64,000 nucleotides of DNA from Erythrobacter sp. (GCA_041662105.1 JBAZTF010000002.1:133377-197376); one strand, 5' to 3'. Positions 9,389 through 22,182 are shown, counted from the stretch's first letter. Notes: generated from the sequence alone by a model not told the origin. Numbers and translations: made by a program.

Positions 9389-9793
9389 CTACCACTCGAC
9401 CTTGCCGCGATTGGCCTTGACCTCGCCGCGCACCTTCTTGGTCTTGAGCCGCTGCGCCTTGCCCACGCGGTTGACCCGGCTCTTCGCGCGCTTCTTGGGC
9501 ACGGCGAGCGCTTCGGCGAGCAAAGCCAGCAGCCGCTCGCGCGCGGCCTCGCGGTTCTGTTCCTGCGTGCGGTATTCGCTGGCGGTGAGCACGATCTCGC
9601 CGCCCTTGGTCAGCCTGCTTCCGGCGATTTCCCTGAGCCGCGCGAAGGTTTCGGGGGCGAGGCCGAGCCGGAACACGTCGACCCGCAATTGCACGGCGGT
9701 GGCGAGCTTGTTGACGTTCTGCCCGCCGGGGCCGGAGGAGGCGATGAATTTCTCCTCGGCGATTTCCAATGCCCGGTCGGCGACCCTATCCAT
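9389..9793 (-). CDS. arfB: Alternative ribosome rescue peptidyl-tRNA hydrolase ArfB
   Basis: SSGPGGQNVNK (GGQ motif), RTQEQNREAARERL, basic C-terminal tail. Confidence 0.92.
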   Translation of the reverse strand: MDRVADRALEIAEEKFIASSGPGGQNVNKLATAVQLRVDVFRLGLAPETFARLREIAGSRLTKGGEIVLTASEYRTQEQNREAARERLLALLAEALAVPKKRAKSRVNRVGKAQRLKTKKVRGEVKANRGKVEW

Positions 9794-10442
9794 CGCTGAA
9801 ACCGAGGGCGGCGAAATCGGCGGGCAAGGGGGCGCAGGTCTCGACCGGCGGCCTGCCTTCGCGCGGGACGGTGAGGCCGGCGGCATGGAGCATGGTGCGT
9901 CTTGCTCCCGCTCCGTCGCCATAGACCGGATCGCCCAGCAGCGCGATGCCCAGCCCGGTGAGTGCATGGACGCGAATCTGGTGGGTGCGGCCGGTTTCGG
10001 GGCGGAATTCGACCAGCGCGCGCCCGTCCCGCGCGGCCAGCACCTTCCAGTGCGTCACCGATGGCTTGCCCTTCTTCGCCGCGATCATCCGCCAGCCCTT
10101 TTCGGCGCTGCTGATCTTGGCGAGCGACAGCGCGATCGTGCCCTCGCCATCCTGCGGCACGCCGGCAAGTATGCCGAGATAGCGCTTGCCGACCAGCCGG
10201 TCCTCGAACGCCTTGGCAAAGCGCTTGAGCGCCTTGGGATTGCGCGCCAGCAGCAGGCAGCCGCTGGTGTCGGTGTCGATGCGGTGCACCGGTACCGGAT
10301 CGCGCTGGAAGCCGAGCCGCAGCGTGGCGAGATGGTGCTCGAGGCTCGGCCCGCCCTTGCGCGGGCGTTCGATCGGCAGGCCGCCGGGCTTGTCGATCAC
10401 CAGCGCCGCGCCATCCTCGAACAGGATCGGGATCGCGCTCAC
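9786..10442 (-). CDS. RluA family pseudouridine synthase
   Basis: VIDKPGGL, VHRIDTDTSGCLL, TGRTHQIRVH, GDPVYG, MLHA. Confidence 0.9.
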   Translation of the reverse strand: MSAIPILFEDGAALVIDKPGGLPIERPRKGGPSLEHHLATLRLGFQRDPVPVHRIDTDTSGCLLLARNPKALKRFAKAFEDRLVGKRYLGILAGVPQDGEGTIALSLAKISSAEKGWRMIAAKKGKPSVTHWKVLAARDGRALVEFRPETGRTHQIRVHALTGLGIALLGDPVYGDGAGARRTMLHAAGLTVPREGRPPVETCAPLPADFAALGFSDG

Positions 10443-12250
10443 GCCTTGAGCCTCGCCTCGATCATCAGCCGCAGCGCATTGCCGAGGAAGAGCCCGCGAT
10501 CGAGGTCTGCGATGCGCAATTCGGCCTCGCGCGCCGCGCCGCTGTCGAGCAGCGACTGGCGCAGCACGCCAGGGAGCAGGCCAAGCCGCGCGGGCGGGGT
10601 CAGCAGCACGCCGTCCGGCCCGCGCACGAAGAGGCTGGTGACGCAGCCTTCGGTCAGCAGCCCATCCTCGCGCACGAAGATCGCCTCCTGCGCGCCGTGC
10701 TGGCGGGCCACGGCCTGCGCCTCCGCGTAGAAGCCGCGATCGCTGGTCTTGTGGCGCAGCCGCCAGTCGCCGGGATCGACCGGCAGCGGCATGACGATCG
10801 CGCTGGCCGGGGCGGGCCAGGCCACGGGCATGTCCTGCGCCTCGAGCGCAATTACCCCGCGGCGCGAGGCCATCAGGCGGATGCGGCTGGGTTTTTCGAG
10901 CACGAAGCACAGCGCATGAAGCTGGTTGCGCGCCTCGTGCCGGTCGAACAGCAAGCCCAGCTCGGCGGCGCTGGCCTTCATCCGCGCCAGGTGCTGTTCG
11001 AGGAAGGCGATCCCCGCTTCGGGGGTGAAGCGCATGGTTTCGATCAGGTCGAACTGCGCGGCGCGGTGATCGGGCGAGGACTTGCGGGCAAAGGCGCCCT
11101 TGAGCAGCGCCTCGCGCCATTCGGTCCGCATTTCGCTGTCGGCGACGATCGCCCCGCCCACGCCCAGCACCGCCTTGCCGCGCGCGTTCTCGATCTCGGT
11201 CAGCCGCAGCGTGCGGATCGCGACGTTGAATGCCGCATCGCCAGTGGAATCGATTCGCCCGATCGCGCCGCAATAGGGGCCGCGCGGATCGCGTTCGACC
11301 GCGTCGATCAGTTCCATCGCGCGGATCTTGGGCGCGCCGGTGATCGAACCGCAGGGGAACAGCGCGCGGACAAGATCGACCGCGCCGGTATCCTGCTTGA
11401 GCTGCGCGCGCACCACGCTGACCATCTGGTGGACCGTGGGATAGCTTTCGACCGCGAAGGGCGCATCGACCCGCACGCTGCCCGCCTCGGTCACGCGGCT
11501 GAGGTCGTTGCGCATCAGGTCGACGATCATCAGGTTTTCGGCGCGATCCTTGACCGAGGCGGCCAGTTCCTCTGCCAGCGCGCGATCGCCTGCGTCATCC
11601 GCGCCGCGCGGACGGGTGCCCTTCATCGGCTTGGCCTTGGCCTCGCGCCCCTTGAGCGAGACGAACAGTTCGGGGCTGAGGCTGAGCAGCCAGTGCGCCC
11701 CGTCGAACACCACCCCGCCATAGCCGGCCTGCGCCGCCGGACGCAGCGCCGCATAAAGGCCCAGCGGATCGCCGCTGAACCCGCCCGCGAGCGGGAAGGT
11801 CAGATTGGCCTGGTAGATATCGCCCGCGCGGATCGCGTCCTGCAACTGTGCGAAGGCCCGGGCATAGCCGCCGGGGGAAAGCTGCGGTTCGAGCGGGCCG
11901 ACGCTGCCCCCGCCTTCGGCATGGGTGGCAAGCCATTCGGCGACCTCGCCCGCAGGGATGCGTGTCGCCGCCTCGAACAGCGCCAGCCAGACCAGCGGTC
12001 CCGCACCGCCGCTACGCGCCTCGGCGAGCCCGGCCAGCTTGGGCTCGAGCGCCAGGCCTGCCTCATAGGCGAGGTAGCCCGCCAGCGTTCCGCCAGCGCG
12101 CCGCGCGGCATCGGCATCGGTCAGCACCCGCTCGACCTCCTCGGCGCGCCGGGCGACGAACACCGCGCGCGGGTTCTCGAACAGCAGCGCATCGGCACCG
12201 CCGCTTTCGCGTGCATCATCGAGCAGGACGAAGGGTTGCCGGTCGGCCAT
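10439..12250 (-). CDS. pabB: Aminodeoxychorismate synthase component I fused to a class IV aminotransferase-like (PabC) domain
   Basis: GDIYQANLT, SPELF, KPMKGT, ENLMIVDLMRND, FPCGSITGAPK; C-terminal HKTSDR, TEG, LLPGVLR. Confidence 0.88.
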   Translation of the reverse strand: MADRQPFVLLDDARESGGADALLFENPRAVFVARRAEEVERVLTDADAARRAGGTLAGYLAYEAGLALEPKLAGLAEARSGGAGPLVWLALFEAATRIPAGEVAEWLATHAEGGGSVGPLEPQLSPGGYARAFAQLQDAIRAGDIYQANLTFPLAGGFSGDPLGLYAALRPAAQAGYGGVVFDGAHWLLSLSPELFVSLKGREAKAKPMKGTRPRGADDAGDRALAEELAASVKDRAENLMIVDLMRNDLSRVTEAGSVRVDAPFAVESYPTVHQMVSVVRAQLKQDTGAVDLVRALFPCGSITGAPKIRAMELIDAVERDPRGPYCGAIGRIDSTGDAAFNVAIRTLRLTEIENARGKAVLGVGGAIVADSEMRTEWREALLKGAFARKSSPDHRAAQFDLIETMRFTPEAGIAFLEQHLARMKASAAELGLLFDRHEARNQLHALCFVLEKPSRIRLMASRRGVIALEAQDMPVAWPAPASAIVMPLPVDPGDWRLRHKTSDRGFYAEAQAVARQHGAQEAIFVREDGLLTEGCVTSLFVRGPDGVLLTPPARLGLLPGVLRQSLLDSGAAREAELRIADLDRGLFLGNALRLMIEARLKA

Positions 12251-12360
12251 TGCGCTCCAGCCTTTAAACGCTGGCGCGCGACTGTCGAGGGGTGGCTTGA
12301 CCGCAGCTGCCGCGCTGCGCCACACCGGTGCGGTATCAGCTTGCTGGAGCAAACTTGGTT

Positions 12361-13935
12361 ATGGGTGAGATTTTCCTGGGTGCTACCGAACAGGGCGAAC
12401 GGCAGGTCCTGCTGCTCGGCCAGGCGAACCGCCACGGTCTGATCGCGGGCGCGACCGGCACCGGCAAGACGGTGACGCTGCAAGGCCTTGCAGAAAGCTT
12501 TTCCGCCAACGGCGTGCCGGTGTTCCTCGCCGACGTCAAAGGCGACCTGTCGGGCATCGCCATGTCGGGATCCGCGCAGTTCAAGCATGCCGACAAGCTC
12601 GAAGGCCGCGCGAAACAGCTGGGCATGGATGATTATGCCTATGCCGACAATGCGGCGGTCTTCTGGGATCTCTACGGCGAACAGGGCTTCCCGATCCGCA
12701 CCACCGTGTCGGAGATGGGGCCGCTGCTGCTCGCCCGGCTGCTCGACCTCAATGAAACGCAGGAAGGCGTGCTCAACATCGCCTTTCGCTATGCCGACGA
12801 ACAGGGCCTGCTGCTGCTCGATCTGGGCGATTTGCAGGCGATGCTCGCCCACACGGCGGAAAATGCCGGCGCGCTTTCGGCGAAATACGGCCATGTCACC
12901 AGGGCCAGCGTCGGCACGATCCAGCGCCAGCTGCTGAGCTTCGAAAGCCAGGGCGCGGATATGTTCTTCGGCGAACCCGCGCTGGAGATCGACGATTTCC
13001 TGAAAGTGGACGGGCAGGGCCGTGGGGTGGTCAACATCCTCTCGGCGCAGAAGCTGATGCAGGGCCCCAAGCTCTACGCCACTTTCCTGCTGTGGCTGCT
13101 CGCCGAACTGTTCGAGACGCTGCCCGAGGTCGGCGACCCGGAGAAGCCGAAGCTGGTGTTCTTCTTCGACGAGGCGCACCTGCTGTTCGACGATGCCCCC
13201 GATGCGCTGGAGGACAAGGTCGAGCAGGTCGTGCGGCTGATCCGGTCCAAGGGCGTGGGCGTCTATTTCGTCACCCAGAACCCGATCGACATTCCCGAAA
13301 GGATCGCGGGCCAGCTGGGCAACCGCATCCAGCATGCGCTGCGCGCCTTCACCCCGCGCGACCAGCGCGCGATCAAGGCGGCGGCGGAGACCTTCCGCAT
13401 CAACCCCGATCTCGACGTCGCGCAGGCGATCACCGAACTCAGGGTGGGCGAGGCGCTGGTCTCGACGCTCGACGGGGATGGCGCGCCCTCGGTGGTTCAG
13501 CGCACGCTGATCAAGCCGCCGCATTCGCGGCTCGGCACCGTGTCCGAAAAGGAGCTGGCGATCGTCAATTCGGTGAGCGATCTCGACGGCAAATACGACA
13601 CGGCGGTCGACCGCGAAAGCGCCGAGGACGTGCTTGCCGCGAAAGCCGCCGATGCCGCCGCCACGGCGCAGGAAGTGGCCGAGAAGGGCAGCGAGGAAGT
13701 GGGCAAGCGCGCGCGCAAGTCCACCTCGCTGTGGGAGCGGGCAGGCAAGGCGGCGATGGGCGCGGCGGCGGGCTCCGCCGCCAGCATCGCGGCCGGGGCG
13801 ATTCTCGGCAAGAAGAGCAGGGCCAGCCCGATGAAAACCGCCGCCACGGCCGCCGCGGGCACCATCGCCACCGGTTTCGGAGGGGCGCTTGCGGGTCGTT
13901 TCGTGCGCAACCTGATCGGCGGATTGATGCGCTGA
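12361..13935 (+). CDS. DUF853 / HerA-like (YjgR) ATPase
   Basis: [55 protein letters not shown]. Confidence 0.88.
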   Translation: MGEIFLGATEQGERQVLLLGQANRHGLIAGATGTGKTVTLQGLAESFSANGVPVFLADVKGDLSGIAMSGSAQFKHADKLEGRAKQLGMDDYAYADNAAVFWDLYGEQGFPIRTTVSEMGPLLLARLLDLNETQEGVLNIAFRYADEQGLLLLDLGDLQAMLAHTAENAGALSAKYGHVTRASVGTIQRQLLSFESQGADMFFGEPALEIDDFLKVDGQGRGVVNILSAQKLMQGPKLYATFLLWLLAELFETLPEVGDPEKPKLVFFFDEAHLLFDDAPDALEDKVEQVVRLIRSKGVGVYFVTQNPIDIPERIAGQLGNRIQHALRAFTPRDQRAIKAAAETFRINPDLDVAQAITELRVGEALVSTLDGDGAPSVVQRTLIKPPHSRLGTVSEKELAIVNSVSDLDGKYDTAVDRESAEDVLAAKAADAAATAQEVAEKGSEEVGKRARKSTSLWERAGKAAMGAAAGSAASIAAGAILGKKSRASPMKTAATAAAGTIATGFGGALAGRFVRNLIGGLMR

Positions 13936-14033
13936 ATTGCATTTGGTCGGCAGCCGATGGCTGTCGGTCGAACTCTTGCCTTGACAGGCGGCGCCTGCGG
14001 GCAGGGATCATGCGCCTATCTGCGGAGTTCATA

Positions 14034-16707
<2,674 letters not shown>

Positions 16708-16712
<5 letters not shown>

Positions 16713-16836
16713 TTTCGAGCCGGATGGAATCATCTGGTGGCCAGGAAATCACGGTAAGACAAGACTCCAGAGTGCTTGCCGACTTTGATGCAATCAAAGC
16801 CGGCAAGCACTCTAGGGTCAGGACCCATTACCCTAG
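16708..16836. repeat. Composite repeat locus 2: module A, module C and a 25-bp CTAG-bounded mini-module
   Basis: AGTGATTTCGAGCCGGATGGAATCATCTGG...GAAATCAC; AGTGCTTGCCGACTTTGATGCAATCAAAGCCGGCAAGCACTCTAG; CTAGGGTCAGGACCCATTACCCTAG. Confidence 0.9.
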
Positions 16837-17801
16837 ATGAGGCCCGCGAGCGGGCTGGAGGGGTCGGCGTATTTGCGCGTTGCCATGCGGCCTGCCAGAT
16901 AGGCCTCGCGTCCGGCCTCGACCGCCAGCTTCATCGCGCGGGCCATGCGCAGCGGGTCTTTCGCCTCGGCGATGGCGGTGTTCATCAGCACCCCGTCGCA
17001 GCCGAGCTCCATCGCCACCGCGGCATCGGAAGCCGTGCCCACCCCGGCATCGACCAGCACCGGCACGCTGGCGCCTTCGACGATCAGGCGGATGGTCACG
17101 CGGTTCTGGATGCCCAGACCCGAACCGATCGGCGCGCCCAGCGGCATCACCGCAACCGCGCCCGCATCCTCGAGCTGCTTCGCCGCGATCGGATCGTCGA
17201 CGCAATAGACCATGGGCAGGAAGCCCTCGCGCGCCAGCACCTCGGTCGCCTTGAGCGTCTCGCGCATGTCGGGATAGAGCGTGCGCGCCTCGCCCAGAAC
17301 CTCGAGCTTGACCAGGTCCCAGCCGCCCGCCTCGCGCGCCAGCCGCAGCGTGCGGATCGCCTCGTCGGCGGTGAAACAGCCGGCGGTATTGGGGAGGTAG
17401 GTGATTTTCTTCGGGTCGATATGGTCGGTCAGCATCGGCGCCCCGGGGTCGCTGACATTGACCCGGCGCACCGCCACGGTGACGATTTCGGCTCCGCTCG
17501 CCTCGAGCGCGGCGGCATTCTGCGCGAAGTCCTTGTACTTTCCCGTGCCGACGATCAGGCGGCTGTTGAAGGTGCGGCCCGCAACCGTCCACCTATCGCC
17601 CTGCCCGCCACCGACGAAATGGACGATCTCGAGCACGTCGCCATCGGCCAGCGCATGGTTCGCCAGATCGCTGCGCGGAGCGATCATGCCATTGTGCTCG
17701 ACCGCGACCCTCGCCGGGTCGAGCGCGAGCTCGCGGACGAGGTCGGCCACGGTGACGGCGACGGTGCGGCGGGGCTCGCCATTGACGGTCAGGGCAATCA
17801 T
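16833..17801 (-). CDS. thiG: Fused ThiS-ThiG (sulfur carrier / thiazole synthase)
   Basis: ThiS-like N-terminus (VNGE...VAVEHNG...EIVHFVGGG), then [32 protein letters not shown]. Confidence 0.93.
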   Translation of the reverse strand: MIALTVNGEPRRTVAVTVADLVRELALDPARVAVEHNGMIAPRSDLANHALADGDVLEIVHFVGGGQGDRWTVAGRTFNSRLIVGTGKYKDFAQNAAALEASGAEIVTVAVRRVNVSDPGAPMLTDHIDPKKITYLPNTAGCFTADEAIRTLRLAREAGGWDLVKLEVLGEARTLYPDMRETLKATEVLAREGFLPMVYCVDDPIAAKQLEDAGAVAVMPLGAPIGSGLGIQNRVTIRLIVEGASVPVLVDAGVGTASDAAVAMELGCDGVLMNTAIAEAKDPLRMARAMKLAVEAGREAYLAGRMATRKYADPSSPLAGLI

Positions 17802-17812
17802 GCCCCGGTCAC

Positions 17813-18217
17813 TTAATCCCCGCAGCGCTCCTTGCAAGTCGGGGAATGCGTGTGGCGCAGGTTGAGGATGTGGCCGAGCGATACCAGCGCGACGCCGATG
17901 ATGGTCAGCACCGCTTCCCGGTAGCCATGCGGAACGGCGAGCGCGCCGCCCATGAAGGTCAGCCCGGTCATCGCCACCACGAAGGGCGCGGCCACCCGGT
18001 GGCGCAACGCCCCCCAACCGATCGCGACGGCGGCAATGAGTGTGGCCAGGACCAGGCCGACCCGATGGATGTCGGGCGAAAGAAAGAATTCACCCCCGAT
18101 GCCAAGGCCCGAGACCAGCACGATCGACAGCAGGCAATGCACCGCACAAGCGCTCGAGAGATAAATCCCGGCGCGGTCGAGCCTGCGGCGAATCGGCGAG
18201 ATGGTGCGCGCTGCCAT
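17813..18217 (-). CDS. MerC-domain membrane protein
   Basis: [17 protein letters not shown], four hydrophobic helices, GHILN at the C-terminus. Confidence 0.8.
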   Translation of the reverse strand: MAARTISPIRRRLDRAGIYLSSACAVHCLLSIVLVSGLGIGGEFFLSPDIHRVGLVLATLIAAVAIGWGALRHRVAAPFVVAMTGLTFMGGALAVPHGYREAVLTIIGVALVSLGHILNLRHTHSPTCKERCGD

Positions 18218-18230
18218 TGCGAATTGCGAC

Positions 18231-18251
18231 TTATGTGACGATGTAACATAA
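18231..18251. promoter_or_regulatory. Fur-family (Zur-like) palindromic operator
   Basis: TTATGTGAC-GAT-GTAACATAA (8/9 matching inverted repeat), 13 bp upstream of the MerC-domain gene. Confidence 0.55.
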
Positions 18252-18359
18252 TTCAAGGGCGCTCCCGTTCCCGATTGCACGATTGCGAGCCGAACGGTGT
18301 CGATTCGCCGCAGCGGTTTGCGCTTGCGAAACCCGGTCGGCGGCCGCACAGCGGCGCCG

Positions 18360-19388
18360 ATGACGACCGCCCCCCCGACCACTCGCCCCAAAGCCCTCGC
18401 CAACTGGCTGCTGGTCGTCGCGGCGATGGTCGTGCTGATGGTTTCGGTGGGCGGGATCACCCGGCTCACCGAAAGCGGGCTGTCGATCACAAGGTGGAAT
18501 CCGATCGCCGGAGCAATCCCGCCGCTGACGCAGGAAGCCTGGCAGGCACAGTTCGACCTCTACAAGCAGACCGGCGAATATCGCACCGTGACCGGTCCCG
18601 CCGGAATGGGCCTGCGGGCGTTCAAGTTCATCTTCTTCTGGGAGTGGTTTCACCGCCTGCTCGGCCGCCTGATCGGACTGGCCTTCGCGCTGCCGCTGGC
18701 CTGGTTCTGGATCCGCAAGGCGATCCCCGCGGGCTACGCGCCGCGCCTGCTGGCGCTGCTCGCGCTGGGCGGACTGCAGGGCGTGTTCGGCTGGCTGATG
18801 GTGCGCAGCGGGCTGGGCGGGATGATGACCGATGTGAGCCATTTCTGGTTGTCGATCCACCTGCTCACCGCGCTTGTCACGCTTGCCGGGCTGGTGTGGA
18901 CCGTGCTCGACCTGCGGCAATACGCAAACGGCAACCCCCTGCCCGCACGCTGGACAGGCACGGCGGGCTGGGTCGGCGCGGTCCTGTTCCTCCAGCTGCT
19001 GCTGGGCGCCTGGGTCGCGGGGCTCAATGCCGGGCTGGCGAGCAATAGCTGGCCGCTGATGCAAGGTCGCCTCGTACCCGAATTCGATGACGCGCGCGGC
19101 CTGTTTCATGCCGCGACCCACGATCCCTTCCTGGTCCACTTTCTCCATCGCTGGTGGGCCTGGGTTGCGGTGGCCGCGCTGGTGATGATGGCGCGCAAAC
19201 TCAGGCCGCTCGACCGCCGCGCTTCGATTGCCATCCACTCCGCCTTCGGGACGCAGGTCCTGCTGGGCATCGCGACGGTGATGACCGGGGTCGCCCTGTG
19301 GATCGCCGTGGCGCACCAGGTGATCGGGGCACTGCTGGTGGCCAGCTTTGCCTGGGGCGCACATGTGCTGGGGCGCAGGACCGCGTGA
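18360..19388 (+). CDS. ctaA: Heme A synthase (COX15/CtaA)
   Basis: VGGITRLTESGLSITRW, FFWEWFHRLLGRLIG, QG.FGWLMVRSGL, H...HRW, AHQ. Confidence 0.92.
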   Translation: MTTAPPTTRPKALANWLLVVAAMVVLMVSVGGITRLTESGLSITRWNPIAGAIPPLTQEAWQAQFDLYKQTGEYRTVTGPAGMGLRAFKFIFFWEWFHRLLGRLIGLAFALPLAWFWIRKAIPAGYAPRLLALLALGGLQGVFGWLMVRSGLGGMMTDVSHFWLSIHLLTALVTLAGLVWTVLDLRQYANGNPLPARWTGTAGWVGAVLFLQLLLGAWVAGLNAGLASNSWPLMQGRLVPEFDDARGLFHAATHDPFLVHFLHRWWAWVAVAALVMMARKLRPLDRRASIAIHSAFGTQVLLGIATVMTGVALWIAVAHQVIGALLVASFAWGAHVLGRRTA

Positions 19389-19705
19389 CCGCGCTCGTCT
19401 ATTGCCCCTTCCCCGACACACAGAGTGCCGAGCAGGTTGGTGCCGTGCTGCTTGACGAGGGGTTGATCGGGTGCATCAATATCGGCGCATCGATCCGCTC
19501 GCTGTTCGCCTGGCAGGGCGAGCGGGGCGAAGGCGAGGAAATTCCGGCCCTGCTGAAGACCGATGCGATGCTGCTTGAGCGCGCCATCGCACGGCTCGAG
19601 GCCTTGCACCCCTATGATGCCCCCGCAATAATGGGCTGGCGCTGCGACGCTGCGGGATCGGCGACGCAGGCCTGGCTCGGCGGCCTGATGCCGCCGAAAC
19701 CATAG
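19385..19705 (+). CDS. cutA: Divalent-cation tolerance protein CutA
   Basis: LIGCINI, SLFAWQG, LLKT, HPYDAPAI. Confidence 0.88.
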   Translation: MTALVYCPFPDTQSAEQVGAVLLDEGLIGCINIGASIRSLFAWQGERGEGEEIPALLKTDAMLLERAIARLEALHPYDAPAIMGWRCDAAGSATQAWLGGLMPPKP

Positions 19706-19716
19706 GGAGCGAGGTC

Positions 19717-20445
19717 ATGAAGGGGAGCGATCGCCGTGCCTGTCTGCGGCTGCTGGGCATGGTTGCGCTGGTTCCGTCAATCGCGTGGCCCGGACAAGCG
19801 GGCGCAATGCTTCCGGCGCGGCTCCAGTTTCCTGCCGCCCCCCTGGTTCTGACCCGGCAGGTCGAGCGCGAACTGCACGACGGCAGGCTTCTGGTGGTCG
19901 TTCGCAGCTGGCGGTGCCAGTTCATTGCCGCCGGGCGTGGTGCAATCGTCGAGGGCAGGCAGGCAGGCGCCCGTGTCGATGCGCCGCCGCAGCTGGCAAC
20001 GCTCGCGCGGATGGAGGAGCAGCGCGTGGATGACGGCCCTTTCCCGGCGCTGCTCGATCCGAGCGGACGCATTTCGGGCCAGGGGCAGGTTCCGGCCGCC
20101 GATCTTTCGCGGGCAATCGACGAGGCTGCCGCCATCCTCGTCGCCAAGGGCCATCGCGGTGAAGGGCTGGCCGAGGGACGCCGCTTTCTTTCCCGGCTTG
20201 CTGATGCCGCAGGCGCCGCAATCGCACAGATCCCCGAGGACTTGTTCTTTCCCGCACGGCATGAGTCCGGCTTTTCGCGCACGCTCGATCTTCCCGGCGG
20301 ACTGCAGGGCACGGTAGAAGTGACGATCGAAACCCGGACGGACCCGGTCACCGGCCTGCTCGAACGCAGCTCGCGCAGCGCGGTGACCCATATCGGGAAC
20401 GAGGCGCGGCGCAATCGCGAGCTATGGACGCTGACACCCGCCTGA
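19717..20445 (+). CDS. Hypothetical exported protein
   Basis: RBS-like GAGG before ATG; Tat-like DRRACL leader; follows cutA directly. Confidence 0.65.
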   Translation: MKGSDRRACLRLLGMVALVPSIAWPGQAGAMLPARLQFPAAPLVLTRQVERELHDGRLLVVVRSWRCQFIAAGRGAIVEGRQAGARVDAPPQLATLARMEEQRVDDGPFPALLDPSGRISGQGQVPAADLSRAIDEAAAILVAKGHRGEGLAEGRRFLSRLADAAGAAIAQIPEDLFFPARHESGFSRTLDLPGGLQGTVEVTIETRTDPVTGLLERSSRSAVTHIGNEARRNRELWTLTPA

Positions 20446-20631
20446 GCGTCGAATGCTTGGGGTGTTATTTTACCGCTTCCGAGAAGCGCGGATTTGCTTG
20501 ACTTGCGAAGCATCCGGCGCCATTTGCCGCGCGCTTCACGGGTCCGGCCAGGCGTCGGAATCGTCGAATTGGCGCCGCCGCCCCGCGCGCGGCGCGAACG
20601 CGGCACGAACACATAGGAACGGAAAACAGCC

Positions 20632-21111
20632 ATGAAGGCTCTCACCAAGGTGACCCGGTCGATCAAACCGGCCGAGGTCGAAAAGAAGTGGCACATCGTC
20701 GATGCCGACGGCCTCGTCGTCGGCCGCCTCGCGGCGATCGTCGCCAACCACCTGCGCGGCAAGCACAAGCCGAGCTATACCCCGCACGTCGATTGCGGCG
20801 ACCATGTCATCATCATCAATGCCGACAAGGTGAAGTTCACCGGCCGCAAGATGACCGACAAGGTCTATTACAAGCACACCGGCCACCCCGGCGGCATCAA
20901 GGAAACCACCCCGGCCAAGGTGCTGGGCGGCCGTTTCCCCGAACGCGTGCTGGAAAAGGCGGTCGAACGCATGATCCCGCGCGGACCGCTGGGCCGTGCG
21001 CAGATGCGCGCGCTGCACATCTATGCCGGCACCGAGCACCCGCATGACGGCCAGCAGCCCGAAGTGCTCGACGTTGCCTCGATGAACCGCAAGAACAAGG
21101 TTGCCGCATAA
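20632..21111 (+). CDS. rplM: 50S ribosomal protein L13
   Basis: [42 protein letters not shown]. Confidence 0.97.
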   Translation: MKALTKVTRSIKPAEVEKKWHIVDADGLVVGRLAAIVANHLRGKHKPSYTPHVDCGDHVIIINADKVKFTGRKMTDKVYYKHTGHPGGIKETTPAKVLGGRFPERVLEKAVERMIPRGPLGRAQMRALHIYAGTEHPHDGQQPEVLDVASMNRKNKVAA

Positions 21112-21641
21112 TGGCCGACACCAACACCACCACTGGCGACACCGTCACCGATCTCGCCGATCTGAAGGATATCGCCGAGGGCGTGCCCCAGGGCGATGCT
21201 GCCGAGATCGCCCGCACCGCCGAGGTTCCCCTGCGCGAGCAGGAACTCGACAAGCAGGGCCGCGCCTATGCCACCGGCCGCCGCAAGGACGCCACCGCGC
21301 GCGTCTGGCTGAAGCCCGGCACCGGCAAGGTCACCGTCAACGGTCGCGACCAGGAAACCTACTTCGCGCGCCCGACGCTGCGCCTGGTCATCGACCAGCC
21401 CTTCGCGATCACCGATCGCCAGGGCCAGTACGACGTCGTCGCCACCGTCAAGGGCGGCGGTCTTTCGGGCCAGGCCGGTGCGGTCAAGCACGGCATCGCC
21501 CAGGCGCTGTCGAAGTACGAACCGGCGCTGCGCGGCACGGTCAAGGCCGCCGGCTTCCTGACCCGCGACAGCCGCGTGGTCGAACGCAAGAAGTACGGCC
21601 GCGCCAAAGCCCGCCGCAGCTTCCAGTTCTCGAAGCGCTAG
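21111..21641 (+). CDS. rpsI: 30S ribosomal protein S9
   Basis: [50 protein letters not shown]. Confidence 0.97.
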   Translation: MADTNTTTGDTVTDLADLKDIAEGVPQGDAAEIARTAEVPLREQELDKQGRAYATGRRKDATARVWLKPGTGKVTVNGRDQETYFARPTLRLVIDQPFAITDRQGQYDVVATVKGGGLSGQAGAVKHGIAQALSKYEPALRGTVKAAGFLTRDSRVVERKKYGRAKARRSFQFSKR

Positions 21642-21805
21642 AGTGATTTCGAGCCGGATGGAATCATCCGGCGACCAGGAAATCACGGTTAAACAAGAAA
21701 CTAGAGTGATTTCGAGCCGGATGGAATCATCTGGCGGTCAGGAAATCACGGCAGGCAAATTTAACTGGAGTCGTTGCGGTTCGATCAGGGCCGGAACGAC
21801 TCCAG
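21638..21805. repeat. Composite repeat locus 3: two tandem module A copies (63-bp period) plus module B
   Basis: CTAGAGTGATTTCGAGCCGG starts at 21638 and 21701; CTGGAGTCGTTGCGGTTCGATCAGGGCCGGAACGACTCCAG at 21765-21805. Confidence 0.92.
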
Positions 21806-21831
21806 AGCACGATCTTCCCGATCGCCGAAGG

Positions 21832-21859
21832 GGCGGTTGCGCAAGCGGCCGCCGTTTTT
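21832..21859 (+). terminator. Intrinsic terminator of rplM-rpsI
   Basis: GGCGGTTGC-GCAA-GCGGCCGCC followed by GTTTTT. Confidence 0.7.
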
Positions 21860-21890
21860 GCTTGCGCATCCGCCCCTGCCGACCCGCCGG

Positions 21891-22094
21891 TCAACGCTGG
21901 AGCATCATGATCCCCCAGGATAGCCCCGCGCCGATGAAAAACAGCGGCCAGGACCACCAGAAGCGGTAATCGGCGATCTGCGCCATATGGATCGCCATCT
22001 GCCCGCCGTGGCTGCCTTGCGAGCCGATCACCAGGGAAACCACACCCGAAAGGATCGCACCGAGGGCGACTGCCTTGACCGCTTCCATTGCCAT
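21891..22094 (-). CDS. Small hypothetical membrane protein
   Basis: MAMEAVKAVALGAILSGVVSLVIG...FWWSWPLFFIGAGLSWGIMMLQR; two hydrophobic segments. Confidence 0.6.
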   Translation of the reverse strand: MAMEAVKAVALGAILSGVVSLVIGSQGSHGGQMAIHMAQIADYRFWWSWPLFFIGAGLSWGIMMLQR

Positions 22095-22182
22095 GCTCCG
22101 TGTGGACCTGCCGCGATCATGACGCCCGTGCCTTTCCGCAAGGGTGCGGAACGGCGTTTGCGGGTACGGTTTCCGGTTGCGG

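Noticed and set aside
13092-14033. N-terminal 314 aa of the 1206-aa ORF
   Set aside because: It overlaps the DUF853 gene in another frame; the signal peptide begins at ATG 14034, so this is not a fusion.
16783-16799. TTGAT-GCA-ATCAA in module C as an FNR/FixK box
   Set aside because: The spacer is 3 nt rather than the 4 required, and the sequence is simply the centre of the repeat palindrome.
17813-18217. Mercury resistance locus
   Set aside because: No merA, merR, merT or merP genes are nearby; this is a lone MerC-domain gene.
21638-21805. Tandem repeats as a CRISPR array
   Set aside because: Units are 63-104 bp, directly abutting, without unique spacers; copies are dispersed; no cas genes are present.
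21643-21969. ORFs such as MISSRMESSGDQEITVK and [16 protein letters not shown]
   Set aside because: These are translations of the repeat modules, recurring at each locus, with no independent coding evidence.
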